Below are positions 1-8,963 of a DNA stretch of 64,000 nt, piece after piece. Origin of the DNA: Dehalococcoidia bacterium (GTDB lineage: Bacteria > Chloroflexota > Dehalococcoidia > UBA2979); assembly GCA_965219085.1 (NCBI GenBank), contig OZ244720.1, positions 3,168,001-3,232,000 of the forward strand, given 5' to 3'. Made by a program: the position numbers and the translations under genes. Every line of letters begins with the position of its first letter. Within the stretch, counting starts at the first letter, position 1. The notes under the pieces are model-generated. The model was not told the DNA's origin. It was given only the letters and a program-made list of their open reading frames with translations, and did not search any database.

Positions 1-67
1 TGGGCGTTCGAGCGCGCCGCTGGCGCTAGAATCCGGCCGAAGCCAATTCCTATCCCGGGGGGTCACG

Positions 68-1168
68 ATGGAGATCAAGGCGGCGGTCCTCTACGAGGCG
101 AACACCCCACTGGTCGTCGAGCGTGTGCAGCTCGACGGCCCGAAGGACGGCGAGGTCCTCGTGCGCATCGCCGCCTCGGGCGTGTGTCACTCCGACTACC
201 ACGTGATGAAGGGCGAGTGGACGCCGCCGCTGCCGATGGTGCTCGGCCACGAAGCCGCGGGCGTCGTTGAGCAGGTGGGCGCGGGAGTCGGGCGGGTGCG
301 GCCAGGCGACCACGTGATCCTGAACTTCCGCCCGAACTGCGGCTGGTGCGACCACTGCAGCCGCGGAGAGCCGGTGCTCTGCAACGGAGCGGACAGCGAG
401 CGCTGGCTGCTGTTCGACGGCACCACACGGCTGCACACCAGCGGCGGCCGGGACCTCCATCACTTCGCGCGAGTCGCCTCGTTCGCGGAGTACGCGGTCG
501 TCCCCGAGTCGGGCGCGGTGCCCGTGCGCCGCGACGTGCCGCTCGACAAGGCGGCGCTCATTGGCTGCGCGGTGATGACCGGGGTCGGTGCGGTCATCAA
601 CACGGCGCGCGTCGAGGCCGGCAGCTCAGTGCTGGTGATCGGCTGCGGTGGAGTGGGCCTGAACTGTATCCAGGGCGCCGTGCTTGCGGGGGCAGAGCGG
701 ATCATCGCCGTCGACGTGAAGGCCAACAAGCTCGAGTACGCGAAGCAGTTCGGCGCGACCGACCTCCTCGGCCCGAGCGAGGGCGACACCGCGGCCCGGG
801 TGATCGAACTGACGGGCGGAGGCGTGGATTACGCGTTCGAGGCGATCGGCTTCTCCAAGACGATCGTCGACTGCTACGAGTCAACGCGGCCTGGCGGCAC
901 AACGGTGGTCGTGGGTATGGGGCCCGAGGACGACATGATGACTATCCCCGCGCTCTCGCTGCCGCGCACGGAGAAGGTGCTCCGCGGCTCGTGGTACGGA
1001 TCCGCCCGCCCCTGGATCGACCTCCCGAAGATGGTCGACCTCTACCTGGGCGGCCGCCTGCAGGTCGATCCGCTCCTCAGCCGCACCTACCCGCTCGATG
1101 AGATCAACGAGGCATACGCGGCTCTCGATCGCGGCGACGTGGCGCGCAGCCTGCTCCTCATGGACTGA
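68..1168 (+). CDS. Zn-dependent alcohol dehydrogenase (MDR superfamily, class III-like)
   Basis: GVCHSD and GHEAAG catalytic Zn motifs, CGWCDHC...C structural Zn site, GCGGVG Rossmann motif. Confidence 0.92.
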   Translation: MEIKAAVLYEANTPLVVERVQLDGPKDGEVLVRIAASGVCHSDYHVMKGEWTPPLPMVLGHEAAGVVEQVGAGVGRVRPGDHVILNFRPNCGWCDHCSRGEPVLCNGADSERWLLFDGTTRLHTSGGRDLHHFARVASFAEYAVVPESGAVPVRRDVPLDKAALIGCAVMTGVGAVINTARVEAGSSVLVIGCGGVGLNCIQGAVLAGAERIIAVDVKANKLEYAKQFGATDLLGPSEGDTAARVIELTGGGVDYAFEAIGFSKTIVDCYESTRPGGTTVVVGMGPEDDMMTIPALSLPRTEKVLRGSWYGSARPWIDLPKMVDLYLGGRLQVDPLLSRTYPLDEINEAYAALDRGDVARSLLLMD

Positions 1169-1251
1169 GCAGCGCACACAGCGGGATATTCGTCGACGCG
1201 CGGTTCCGCCGACGGGTGATCCATGACGAGGTCGAGCGCCGGCCAGGGTCG

Positions 1252-2334
1252 CTACGCCAAAGGCAGGCGATCCTCGAGGCCGAGTTCGGCCAGGATGCCG
1301 CGGAACCACTCGATCACCTCGGGGTGGTAGGGGATGCCGAGCTCGCGGCGGGCGGCCTCCTCCTCGTGCTCGGGCAGGCCGGCGTAGTAGACGCGCTCCT
1401 CGCCGGGCGCCGTCTTCGCATCACGCAGGCGCCGCAGGTAGGCGTCCATGTCGTCCTTGAACTGCTCGAGGTCGGTGAACGCATCGATGCGATAGGCGAG
1501 CAGGTGGTGCGCCTGGCGTGCGCGGCGGTCCGGCCCTCCCGCGCCGCCCGAGAGCAGACTCGTCAGCACCTCGACCATCACCGCGAGGCCGTACCCCTTG
1601 TGCGAGCCGATCTCACGCGTGCCGCCCAGGGGCAGCATCAGGTACGGCTCGGGGATCGGTCGCTCCTCCATGATCGGCGCACCGTCCTCGCCGGCAATCC
1701 AGCCCGGCATGGTGTCGCGGCCGAGGCGCTGCACGAGCCGCACCTTGTTGCCGGCGATCGAGCTCATCGAGCCGTCGAAGATGAACGGCGGCTCCTCGCG
1801 CGTGGGCACGGCGATCGCGATCGGGTTGAGGCCGACGAGCGGCTCGGCGCCGAAAGTGGGCGTCACGCTGACGCCGCCGGCGGTCATCGAGACGCCGATC
1901 ATGTCCTCATCGAGGGCCATCGCGGCGGTGTAGGCGGCGGCGCCGTAGTGCCCGCCGTTGTAGACGGCGACCGAGCCGATCCCGTACTGGCGCGCCCGCT
2001 CGATCGCGATGCGCATCGCCTCCGGCCCGATCACGCCGCCGTGCGCGCCGTCCGAGTCGATCGTGCAGGCGGCCGGGCTGTCGTGGGTGATGCGCCAGCG
2101 CGCCTGGAGGTTGATGCCGCCGTCGCGGATCGCGTCCACGTAGTAGCGCAGCATGTTCGAGACGCCGTGCGAGTCGATGCCGCGGATGTCCGCATACAGC
2201 AGCACGTCCGCCGACTGCTCGGCGTGGCCGCGTGGCATGCCGAGGGCGACGAAGAGCTCTTCGACGGCGCCGCGCATCACCGCAGGGTCGACTCGCACCT
2301 CGATCTCCGGGGGGACGTGGAAGCGTTCGAGCAT
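1252..2334 (-). CDS. Ldh_2 family oxidoreductase (type 2 malate/L-lactate dehydrogenase-like)
   Basis: ADIRGIDSHG, NGGHYG, GLNPIAIA and GSHKGYGL motifs; start placed at ATG 2334 (MLERFH). Confidence 0.88.
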   Translation of the reverse strand: MLERFHVPPEIEVRVDPAVMRGAVEELFVALGMPRGHAEQSADVLLYADIRGIDSHGVSNMLRYYVDAIRDGGINLQARWRITHDSPAACTIDSDGAHGGVIGPEAMRIAIERARQYGIGSVAVYNGGHYGAAAYTAAMALDEDMIGVSMTAGGVSVTPTFGAEPLVGLNPIAIAVPTREEPPFIFDGSMSSIAGNKVRLVQRLGRDTMPGWIAGEDGAPIMEERPIPEPYLMLPLGGTREIGSHKGYGLAVMVEVLTSLLSGGAGGPDRRARQAHHLLAYRIDAFTDLEQFKDDMDAYLRRLRDAKTAPGEERVYYAGLPEHEEEAARRELGIPYHPEVIEWFRGILAELGLEDRLPLA

Positions 2335-2475
2335 TGGAACCGCCTTACTGCCCGAGAGCCCTTGCTGTTCGGCCCGCGCGCCGGGGTACCGGGCGATGGT
2401 ACGACTACTGCCGTGAGGGTCCGCCGCGCCGGGACAGCGCGGTGGGATAGGAACTAAGCGCGGGCAGGACCAGCC

Positions 2476-2868
2476 ATGACTACGACCGTGAAAGCCACCC
2501 ACGCCAGCGGCGTACTCACGCCCTCGGAGCCCCTCGACATCGAGGAAGGCACGGAGGTGACGCTGTCGATCGAGGACGCGGGGTCGCCGAAGCGAGGGCT
2601 GGCCGGCATCGTTGAGGCAGTCCAGGAGCTTCACAGGACCATCCCGCCGGACGCGTGGGACGTTCTGCCGACGGACGGCGCGAAGAACGACAACCACTAC
2701 CTGTACGGCAGCCCGAAGGAAGAGGACTCATGCGAGTGGCCTACGCGGACGCGGGCTACCGGATCGCGCTGTGGAATTCCCGGGATCCGCTGCACCAGCG
2801 GCTGTTGGCCGTCGCTGGAACGTGGCGGCGGCTGCCGTCGTGACCACACAGATTGTCCGGTTGAGTAG
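2476..2868 (+). CDS. DUF104/AF2212-like antitoxin; core ends near 2730, ORF runs on over the broken toxin
   Basis: KATHASGVLTPSEPLDIEEGTEV N-terminus and LPTDGAKNDNHYLYG C-terminal motif typical of PIN-associated antitoxins. Confidence 0.65.
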   Translation: MTTTVKATHASGVLTPSEPLDIEEGTEVTLSIEDAGSPKRGLAGIVEAVQELHRTIPPDAWDVLPTDGAKNDNHYLYGSPKEEDSCEWPTRTRATGSRCGIPGIRCTSGCWPSLERGGGCRRDHTDCPVE

Positions 2869-2872
2869 CTGA
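2730..2872 (+). pseudogene. PIN-domain (VapC-like) toxin remnant
   Basis: MRVAYADAGYRIALWNSRDPLH matches PIN N-termini; shifts frame into VVTTQIV and then stops. Confidence 0.6.
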
Positions 2873-3275
2873 CGGCAGCAGGGGCGTGAGATACGGCATC
2901 GGGCGGGAAGCCGCCGAGCGAGCAGCGCCGATAGCATCTCACGTGCGCCGCCCGCATCCGGTGCCCGATGGTTGGTGGCGAGGCCCACTACGGCAACCCC
3001 GTCATTGCGTGCCAGGTTGTGCGCAGCGCAAGGCGGCACCAGCCCACCGTGGTTTCGCCAACTGGCCCCGTAAGTTCCTTCATCGGTGCCCGACCCGAAG
3101 CGCGCCGCACACCCTCCGATGGCACGCTGCCTGCCATATGGCGCTGATCTCGCAGCACAGGCGCAGAGGTCACAGCGTGCGGACCATGATCTGATGCCAC
3201 TCGAGCGGTTCCGATAATCCAGCGATCGGTGGTCCGGGGATCGAGCCTCCCGCGGCGCCCGCCTGCGGGCGAAGG

Positions 3276-3689
3276 CTACGAGGCCGACAAGACACGCCGA
3301 CCGTCAAACGGGCGGGGGGGCTTCACCCGGTCTTCGAGCCAGCTCACCAGCTCCGCGAACCGGAACGCGTTGGTCTCGAACAGCTTCATGAAGAACTCGT
3401 GGGCTGCACGGTCGTCGCAGTCGATGAAGTGGCCATTCCCGCGCAGGAAGACATCCGTGACGAAGAAGGCCACTCGCTTGTTCCCGTCCACGAAGGGGTG
3501 GTTCACGGCAAGGCTCTCCATGAGTGCCGCCGCCTCCTCGGTCAGGCTCTCCTAGTACCCGAGTTGCGGCCGCATCACTGCCGCCGCGAGGGCGCCTTCA
3601 TCACGGATCCCAGCACTGCCACCGAATTCGTCGATCAGGACGACGTGCATGGCCACGACTTCCTCGATCGTCGGGAAGTCGTGGGTCAC
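3276..3689 (-). pseudogene. doc: Doc (death-on-curing, Fic-fold) toxin with an in-frame TAG
   Basis: VTHDFPTIEEVVAMH...GIRDEGAL...RPQLGY*ESLTEEAAALMESLAVNHPFVDGNKR; stop at 3552-3554; GTGA overlap with the upstream antitoxin. Confidence 0.85.
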
Positions 3690-3913
3690 TTCGCCAAGAG
3701 CTCACCAAGGAGGCGATGTCGCTCGACACTCGCCCGGAAGTGCTCGATTATCTCCGGGCGGATCGTCTGGCGGGCCTTCTTCTCGAGATACCCACTCATC
3801 GCGTCTTCGAGCACTGCCTGGAAATGACGCCCTTCTTCCCGGGCAGCCGCTCGCAGCGCGGCCAGTAGCTCGGGCGATGCCTGGCTGGAAAACTTCTGGC
3901 GCGTCTGAGCCAT
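3686..3913 (-). CDS. Small antitoxin partner of Doc (RHH-like)
   Basis: 75 aa, KFSSQASPELLAALR; its stop overlaps the doc start. Confidence 0.7.
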   Translation of the reverse strand: MAQTRQKFSSQASPELLAALRAAAREEGRHFQAVLEDAMSGYLEKKARQTIRPEIIEHFRASVERHRLLGELLAK

Positions 3914-4054
3914 CGCGCACCCCCCTCGCTGGTTGCTGTCCCTATTGTCGCGTCGGGCGATCCCGTGTCAAGAACCAGCTTGACGCCACGAGCTCATCGA
4001 GGACATCGGCGAGTGTGAAGGAGTCACCCCCGCAGCGTAGCCCCGATTCGGCGG

Positions 4055-4327
4055 TTACTTGCGTCGGCGCTCGGTCCAGGTCGCGTGCCGCGGCTGACCG
4101 GCTTCGCGGACACGATCGCGAAGCCGCCCGAAGTAGTCCGCATCGGCGGTGACTGCCTGCGGCGACGCCGCGCCTTCGAGGAACGGGCCGCGTAGGCGCT
4201 GGCGATCCCGGTCCTTGCGGATTAACTCACCGACGTACTCGCTTGACGAGCTGTAGCCGCGGGCGCTGACCTGCTGGTCCACGAAGGCCTTAAGGGCCGC
4301 GGGGAGCGATATGTTCATCGTGCTCAT
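4055..4327 (-). CDS. parD: ParD-family (RHH) antitoxin; no intact ParE follows
   Basis: MSTMNISLPAALKAFVDQQVSARGYSSSSEYV. Confidence 0.8.
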   Translation of the reverse strand: MSTMNISLPAALKAFVDQQVSARGYSSSSEYVGELIRKDRDRQRLRGPFLEGAASPQAVTADADYFGRLRDRVREAGQPRHATWTERRRK

Positions 4328-4399
4328 GATGCAACGCTCGCAGGTTTGGCAAGCGTTGCCAATACGCCCCTCGGGCCTTGCACTGCGGATTCCCGGCGG

Positions 4400-4970
4400 A
4401 GGTCGCCAGCGCTACCCGACGGTGGGGCCAGGCGATCCGGTTGAACCGGCCGTCCTGCTGGAGATGCAGCGCCTGCTGCTCGCCCGGCACGCCGCTCGAG
4501 GAGCACGGCGGGCGCCTGCGAGACCAACAGAACTAGATCGGAGGCTCCGGGTACAACCCGTGCGCGGCGGCGTTCGTGCCGCCACCCCCGGAGGTCGTGG
4601 AGGACCTGTTCGACGACCTCTGCGCCTTCGCCAGCACCGATGCGTGGCCACCGCTGGTCCAGGCAGCGATCGCGCAGGCGCAGTCCGAAACCATCCACCC
4701 GTTCGTGGACGGCAACGGGCGCGTGGGCCGTGCCCTGATCCATTTGGTGCTGCGGCGCCGCGGGCTGGGGCTCCGGGTCCCACCACCCATCTCGCTGGTG
4801 CTGGCGACGTGGCCGTCGGCCTACGTACGTCGGGCCGCCCGACAGCGCCGGAGCGCGCGACGGCTTCGAGCACTGGGTGGAGCTCGCCGCCGCGGCGTGC
4901 CTGCGTGCGGCGGGCGATGCCGCACGTTTCGAGGAGCGGGTGCAGGCGCTCCAGGCGGAGTGGCTCGACC
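4400..4970 (+). pseudogene. Fic family protein remnant, paralogous to 57096-58283 and truncated by the IS1111-type element
   Basis: RDQQN*IGGSGYNPCAAAFVPPPPE...ETIHPFVDGNGRVGR; internal stop and frameshifts; start approximate. Confidence 0.8.
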
Positions 4971-5053
4971 GTATGGAGTGACCGGCTCCGAGTTCGCAAA
5001 CTCGCGGGTTACAGACGCGAGGCATGCAGAGCCGCATGCGAAAGGAGCCGGTC

Positions 5054-6166
5054 ATGGAGATGACTACCACATACGCAGGGATGGATGCACACGTGCGGGC
5101 GATCCACGTGGCGGTGCTGGCGCCGGGGGCCGAGCGGCCCGAGGAGTGGCAGTTGACGAACGAGTCGCGCTCGGTGAAGCGGCTCGCGCAACGCCTGAAG
5201 CGCATGGCGCCGGGGCCGGTCGTGGCCTGCTACGAGGCCGGTCCGGGCGGCTTCGCGCTGCAGCGCCAGCTCGAGGCCGAAGGCATCGAATGCCAGGTGA
5301 TCGCGCCAGCGCTGATCCCCAGGCGGCCCGGCGACCGCGTCAAGACCGACCGTCGCGACGCACGGAAGCTCGCCGAGCTGCTGCGCGCGGACCTGCTCAC
5401 GGCGGTGCATCCCCCCACCGTCGACCAGGAGGCGGTGCGCGACCTCTGCCGGGCGCGCGAGGACGCCGTGACCGACCGCACCCGCGCGCGCCACCGCCTG
5501 GCGAAGCTGCTGCTGCGGCGCGGCATCGCCTACGACGGGCGGAACTGGACGAAGCGGCACCGCAACTGGCTGCTGACGCTGCGCTTCGAGCACCCGGCCG
5601 CGCAGGCCACCTTCGACGACTACCTGCGCGCGCTCGAGGGCGTGGAGGAGCGGCTGCGCGCGCTGGAGCAGGAACTGGCCGCGTGTGCCGCCGGCGACGA
5701 CTACCGCGAGGCGGTGGGGCTGCTGCGCTGCTTCCGCGGCATCGACACGGTAACGGCGCTGACGGTGCTGGCCGAGCTCGGCGACATCACCCGCTTCGGC
5801 AGCGGGCGGCAGTTGATGTCGTACCTCGGGCTCACGCCCAGCGAGTACAGCAGCGGCGCCCGTCAGCGGCGGGGACCGATCACCAAGACCGGCAACGCCC
5901 ACGTGCGCCGGCTGCTCGTAGAGAGCGCCTGGCACTACCGCCACCCACCACGGGTGGGGGTGGCGCTCCGCAAGCGGCGCGAGGGCCAGCCGGGCTGGGC
6001 GGTGGCGCTGGCCGACCGGGCGCAAGCCCGGCTCCACCGTCGCCACCGGCGGCTGATCGCTCGCGGCAAGCCGTCGGTGGTGGCGAACGTCGCCGTGGCG
6101 CGCGAGCTCGCCGGCTGCCTGTGGGCGGTGCTGCACAACAGCGCGGAGCAGCGCGCGGCGGCCTGA
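5054..6166 (+). CDS. IS110/IS1111 family transposase (DEDD recombinase)
   Basis: GMDAH, CYEAG and KTDRRDA RuvC-like motifs; SEYSSG...ITKTGN Tnp domain; AAGGAG RBS upstream. Confidence 0.93.
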   Translation: MEMTTTYAGMDAHVRAIHVAVLAPGAERPEEWQLTNESRSVKRLAQRLKRMAPGPVVACYEAGPGGFALQRQLEAEGIECQVIAPALIPRRPGDRVKTDRRDARKLAELLRADLLTAVHPPTVDQEAVRDLCRAREDAVTDRTRARHRLAKLLLRRGIAYDGRNWTKRHRNWLLTLRFEHPAAQATFDDYLRALEGVEERLRALEQELAACAAGDDYREAVGLLRCFRGIDTVTALTVLAELGDITRFGSGRQLMSYLGLTPSEYSSGARQRRGPITKTGNAHVRRLLVESAWHYRHPPRVGVALRKRREGQPGWAVALADRAQARLHRRHRRLIARGKPSVVANVAVARELAGCLWAVLHNSAEQRAAA

Positions 6167-6361
6167 TGCAACGCGCCGCGGCGAAGGCGGAGACGGTGAT
6201 ACGCCGCTCCGGGGCTGGAGCGGATGGATGAGCGAGGACACGCTCAGGAGGATGCGCGGAAGCACTGTGCGGCAACGGCGCCTGGCGCCGCCAACCCGCG
6301 ACATCAGACGGCGAACCCTCCCGGCGAAGCACGGTCATGCGGCAAGGCCCCAGGCAACCCG
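6167..6361 (+). ncRNA. 5' part of the putative seek/bridge RNA of the IS1111-type element; continues at 7869-7965
   Basis: Two related units GAAGCAC..TGCGGCAA..CAACCCGCGA..ATCAGA; the second holds ACGGTC (reverse complement of left-end GACCGT, 4967-4972) and is split by the nested IS. Confidence 0.6.
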
Positions 6362-6377
6362 ACGTTCCTATAGAGAG

Positions 6378-7637
6378 TCAAGGGAGCGATCCGGCAGCCT
6401 CCCGCGCGGCGTGAGCGGCGAGGCGATTCGGGACAGAGGGATGCCCCGCTTCCAACCCCGCCCGCGCTGATCCGGGATCCGTGGATGCCCGTGTTGGCTG
6501 CCGTGGGTGCTCGCCGTCCACAGACGCGGGGGGCCCGCCCTCACAGGCGCGGGGGGCGCCGGGAGTCGAGCCGGGCGACAGCTGCGTGGCGTATCGCGCC
6601 AGATCGGCAGTGAGCGTTCGATAGAGCTGGCGAGCGACATAGCGCTTCAGGCAGCGGATGATCTCGCGTTTGGACTTACCCTCCGCAGTGCGCTTCGCCA
6701 CGTAAGCCCTGGTGCGGGCGCAATAGCGCAGGCGGACGAGCACGATCCGGTACAGCGCGCTGTTGGCCTGCCGGTCGCCGCCCGGGTTCAGGCGATGTCG
6801 CTGCGTGCGCCCGGAGGACGCCTCGAGGGGCGCGGCGCCGCAGAGCCGTGCGAAGGCGGCCTCGCTCGACAGCCGTCCGATGTTCTCGCCGGGGGTGACG
6901 AGTAACTGCGCGGCGTTCACGATGCCGACACCGGGCAGTGCGAGGGAGCCGGGTGCGACCCTCTCCACAAGTGACCGCAGCGCCTGGTCGAGATCGGCGA
7001 CCTCGCGGTCCAGCTCGGCGACGTGGTGAGCGACGCTGCGCAGCGCGAGCTTCGCGGCCTGTAGTGGTTGGTCGAGCCGGGCCCTGTCCGGACGGAATCG
7101 CGCGCACTGCCGCGCCTTCGCGGGCAGGGTCTGCTGCGGCAGCGCCTCGCGGAGTTCCGCCGGCGCCGTGGCGATCAGGTCGCGCAGCTGCAGCAGCGCC
7201 GCACTGCGGGCCTTGACCGCGGCTGAACGAGCATTTGCGAGGGTGCGGATCGACTCGACGACACCGTTCGTGGCCTTGGGCAGCACCTGCGCCGTACCCG
7301 CCAGCACCTGCCTCGCGGCGGCCTCGGCGTCGATCGGGTCTGACTTACCCTGGCGCCGGCGCGTGTGCCGGTGCGGCTGGCTGACCTCGCGCACATCCAG
7401 CCCCTGTGCGAGCAACCAGCGTGTGAGCCCGGCCCCGTAGGACGAGGCGCCCTCCACGGCGATCGTCGCGATCGTGCCGAACGCCTCCAGCCACTGGTGC
7501 AACTCCCGGTAGCCCCGCGCGGTCGCTGGGAACTCGGCATCCCCGAGTCTCTCTCCTCGATCGTCGAGTGCGACTGCGTGGTGCGTGCGGGAGTGGGTAT
7601 CCACCCCTCCGATGACACCGCTCCGCGTTTCCGGCAT
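6378..7637 (-). CDS. IS110 family transposase (bridge recombinase)
   Basis: GVDTH, VEG and GKSDPIDAE DEDD residues; PLEASSG, HRLNPGGDRQAN and IIRCLKRYVAR motifs. Confidence 0.93.
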   Translation of the reverse strand: MPETRSGVIGGVDTHSRTHHAVALDDRGERLGDAEFPATARGYRELHQWLEAFGTIATIAVEGASSYGAGLTRWLLAQGLDVREVSQPHRHTRRRQGKSDPIDAEAAARQVLAGTAQVLPKATNGVVESIRTLANARSAAVKARSAALLQLRDLIATAPAELREALPQQTLPAKARQCARFRPDRARLDQPLQAAKLALRSVAHHVAELDREVADLDQALRSLVERVAPGSLALPGVGIVNAAQLLVTPGENIGRLSSEAAFARLCGAAPLEASSGRTQRHRLNPGGDRQANSALYRIVLVRLRYCARTRAYVAKRTAEGKSKREIIRCLKRYVARQLYRTLTADLARYATQLSPGSTPGAPRACEGGPPASVDGEHPRQPTRASTDPGSARAGLEAGHPSVPNRLAAHAAREAAGSLP

Positions 7638-7659
7638 GCTCGCCGTACCTTCCTGCGGG

Positions 7660-7855
7660 GAGGTGTGTGACCGGGTCGTGGTGGGCGGACAGAACAGCGA
7701 TGAGGCAACTCTGAGCCAGGTTCCTATGAGGTCACGCCACCCGCGGCCCGGTCACTTGGTGGATGCGAGGAGGGCGGAGCCGACACGTCGGATTGAGGAC
7801 ACCGCTCGCGGTGGGTCAGCGAATATCTAGGTCAGGCTCCGTCCTTCTCGCTGTG
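7660..7855 (-). ncRNA. Putative bridge RNA (target-binding and donor-binding loops)
   Basis: Stems 7836-7850/7766-7780 and 7741-7755/7667-7681; loop segments match both target flanks and both element ends. Confidence 0.8.
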
Positions 7856-7984
7856 AGTATCTTCGCTGCGAATATCAGAGTGACACGTCGTCGAAGCAGC
7901 GCCCTCGTTCGTCCATCTCCCCCCGTTCCGGAGCCGGATCGCCACGACCACCGCCGGTGCTGCTTGACAGCCGGTCACTCCATA

Positions 7985-8859
7985 TCAGCTGTACGTCGCG
8001 AAGAGCGCGAGCTGTGAGCCGGGCGTCGGCTTCACGCGCCGCACGATGAGCCGCACCGCGCTGGCGTCCGCCATGTGCTGGAACGGCGTGTACGTCGTCT
8101 CGGCGACAGCGGCGCCGCCCGGCAGCCAGTACGGGATCGGCGTCCAGTCCGCTTCCGGTATCGCCTCGATCAGCGTGCGTACGTTCGGCTGCTGGCGAAT
8201 CGTGACCGAGAAGCGGACGTCCTGCTTGCGGCAGGCGGCGACGACCCCGTGGTTGTAGAAGCCGCTGTCGGCTCGCATCGTGAGCTGCCCGCTCGCCCCG
8301 GCGTCGCGGACCCGCGCCACCGTCTCACGCAGGAAGTGGGCGGCGCCGCGCCGGGTCCCGCTCCGGCCGCCCATGCGCGGGCGAGCAATGCGCGGCTGAG
8401 GCGGTCGAGCTGGCGGACGTGGCCCCAGCGGAAGCTGCGCAGGAAGGTCCCGAGGGTGGACGGCGCCTTCACGGTGCAGCCGAGCACGCGCCCGGCGCCG
8501 CCGGCGCGCATCGCATCGGCGTCGTCGATGCAGTCGCCGCCGGCGAGCGCCGAGGCGACCAGGGTCAGCAGCTTGTCGCCGGCGTTCGCCCGCCCCGGCG
8601 CGTCACCGAGGTCGAGATAGCGCTCGGCAAGATCGGGGAGACCGAGACGACCGGCGAGCGTGGCGGGGAGCAGCAGGCCCGCGTGGTCCACGAGGCGGTC
8701 GTCGTCGAAGGCGATGTCTATCCGGTCGGGGCTGCTCGCTGCTAGCATCGAATGGTTGCTCCCTGTGGCTCGGACGTGATTCGTACAAAACCATTGTCCC
8801 AGCTACAGCGAAGCACCCAACCTCAGCCGCTCATGAGCTCTTCTTCGGTGGATCAGGGG
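7985..8859 (-). mobile_element. IS1380 family remnant (internally deleted, 3'-truncated transposase)
   Basis: FDDDRLVDHAGLLL, GGDCIDDAD, APSTLGTFLRSF, MRADSGFY, RLIVRRVKPTPGSQL; terminal CCCTGATCCACCG near 8846-8858; cut at the right end of the IS1111 element. Confidence 0.85.
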
Positions 8860-8963
8860 TAAGCAGCATTGCCTATGGCCGATCGAGGTCGCAGTCGCCC
8901 AGTCCCTGAGGCGGGGGGCCTTCGCATCGGCCTCCGACGAGGCGACCATCACGTCGCGGCTGT

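Larger units (their letters stand above)
6362..7868 (-). mobile_element. IS110 family element (IS110/IS621-type, upstream non-coding region) nested in the IS1111 element
   Basis: Removing it restores CAACCCG|CGAATATCAGA, matching the sister unit CAACCCGCGACATCAGA (6292-6308); no target duplication beyond one G; minus-strand end TTGACTCTCTATAGGAACGTC. Confidence 0.88.
4966..7987 (+). mobile_element. IS110 family, IS1111-type element carrying a nested IS110 in its downstream non-coding region
   Basis: Perfect 16-bp subterminal inverted repeats TATGGAGTGACCGGCT (4972-4987) and AGCCGGTCACTCCATA (7969-7984); TTGACA at 7964-7969; long non-coding region after the transposase; outer ends approximate. 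Confidence 0.85.

Noticed and set aside
1216-2457. Long antisense or alternative-frame ORFs (also 4576-6231, 25966-28461, 42577-44118, 55609-57450 and others)
   Set aside because: Shadow ORFs of well-supported genes in high-GC DNA; Arg/Ala/Pro-rich with no motifs.
3552-3554. TAG in doc as pyrrolysine or readthrough
   Set aside because: It probably replaces a Tyr codon by one substitution; neighbouring toxins are also broken and no pyl genes are seen.
6361-6385. Circle-junction promoter of the nested IS110 (TTGACT plus GATACT)
   Set aside because: Spacing across the predicted junction is about 21 bp, too long for a canonical sigma70 promoter, so it is not claimed.
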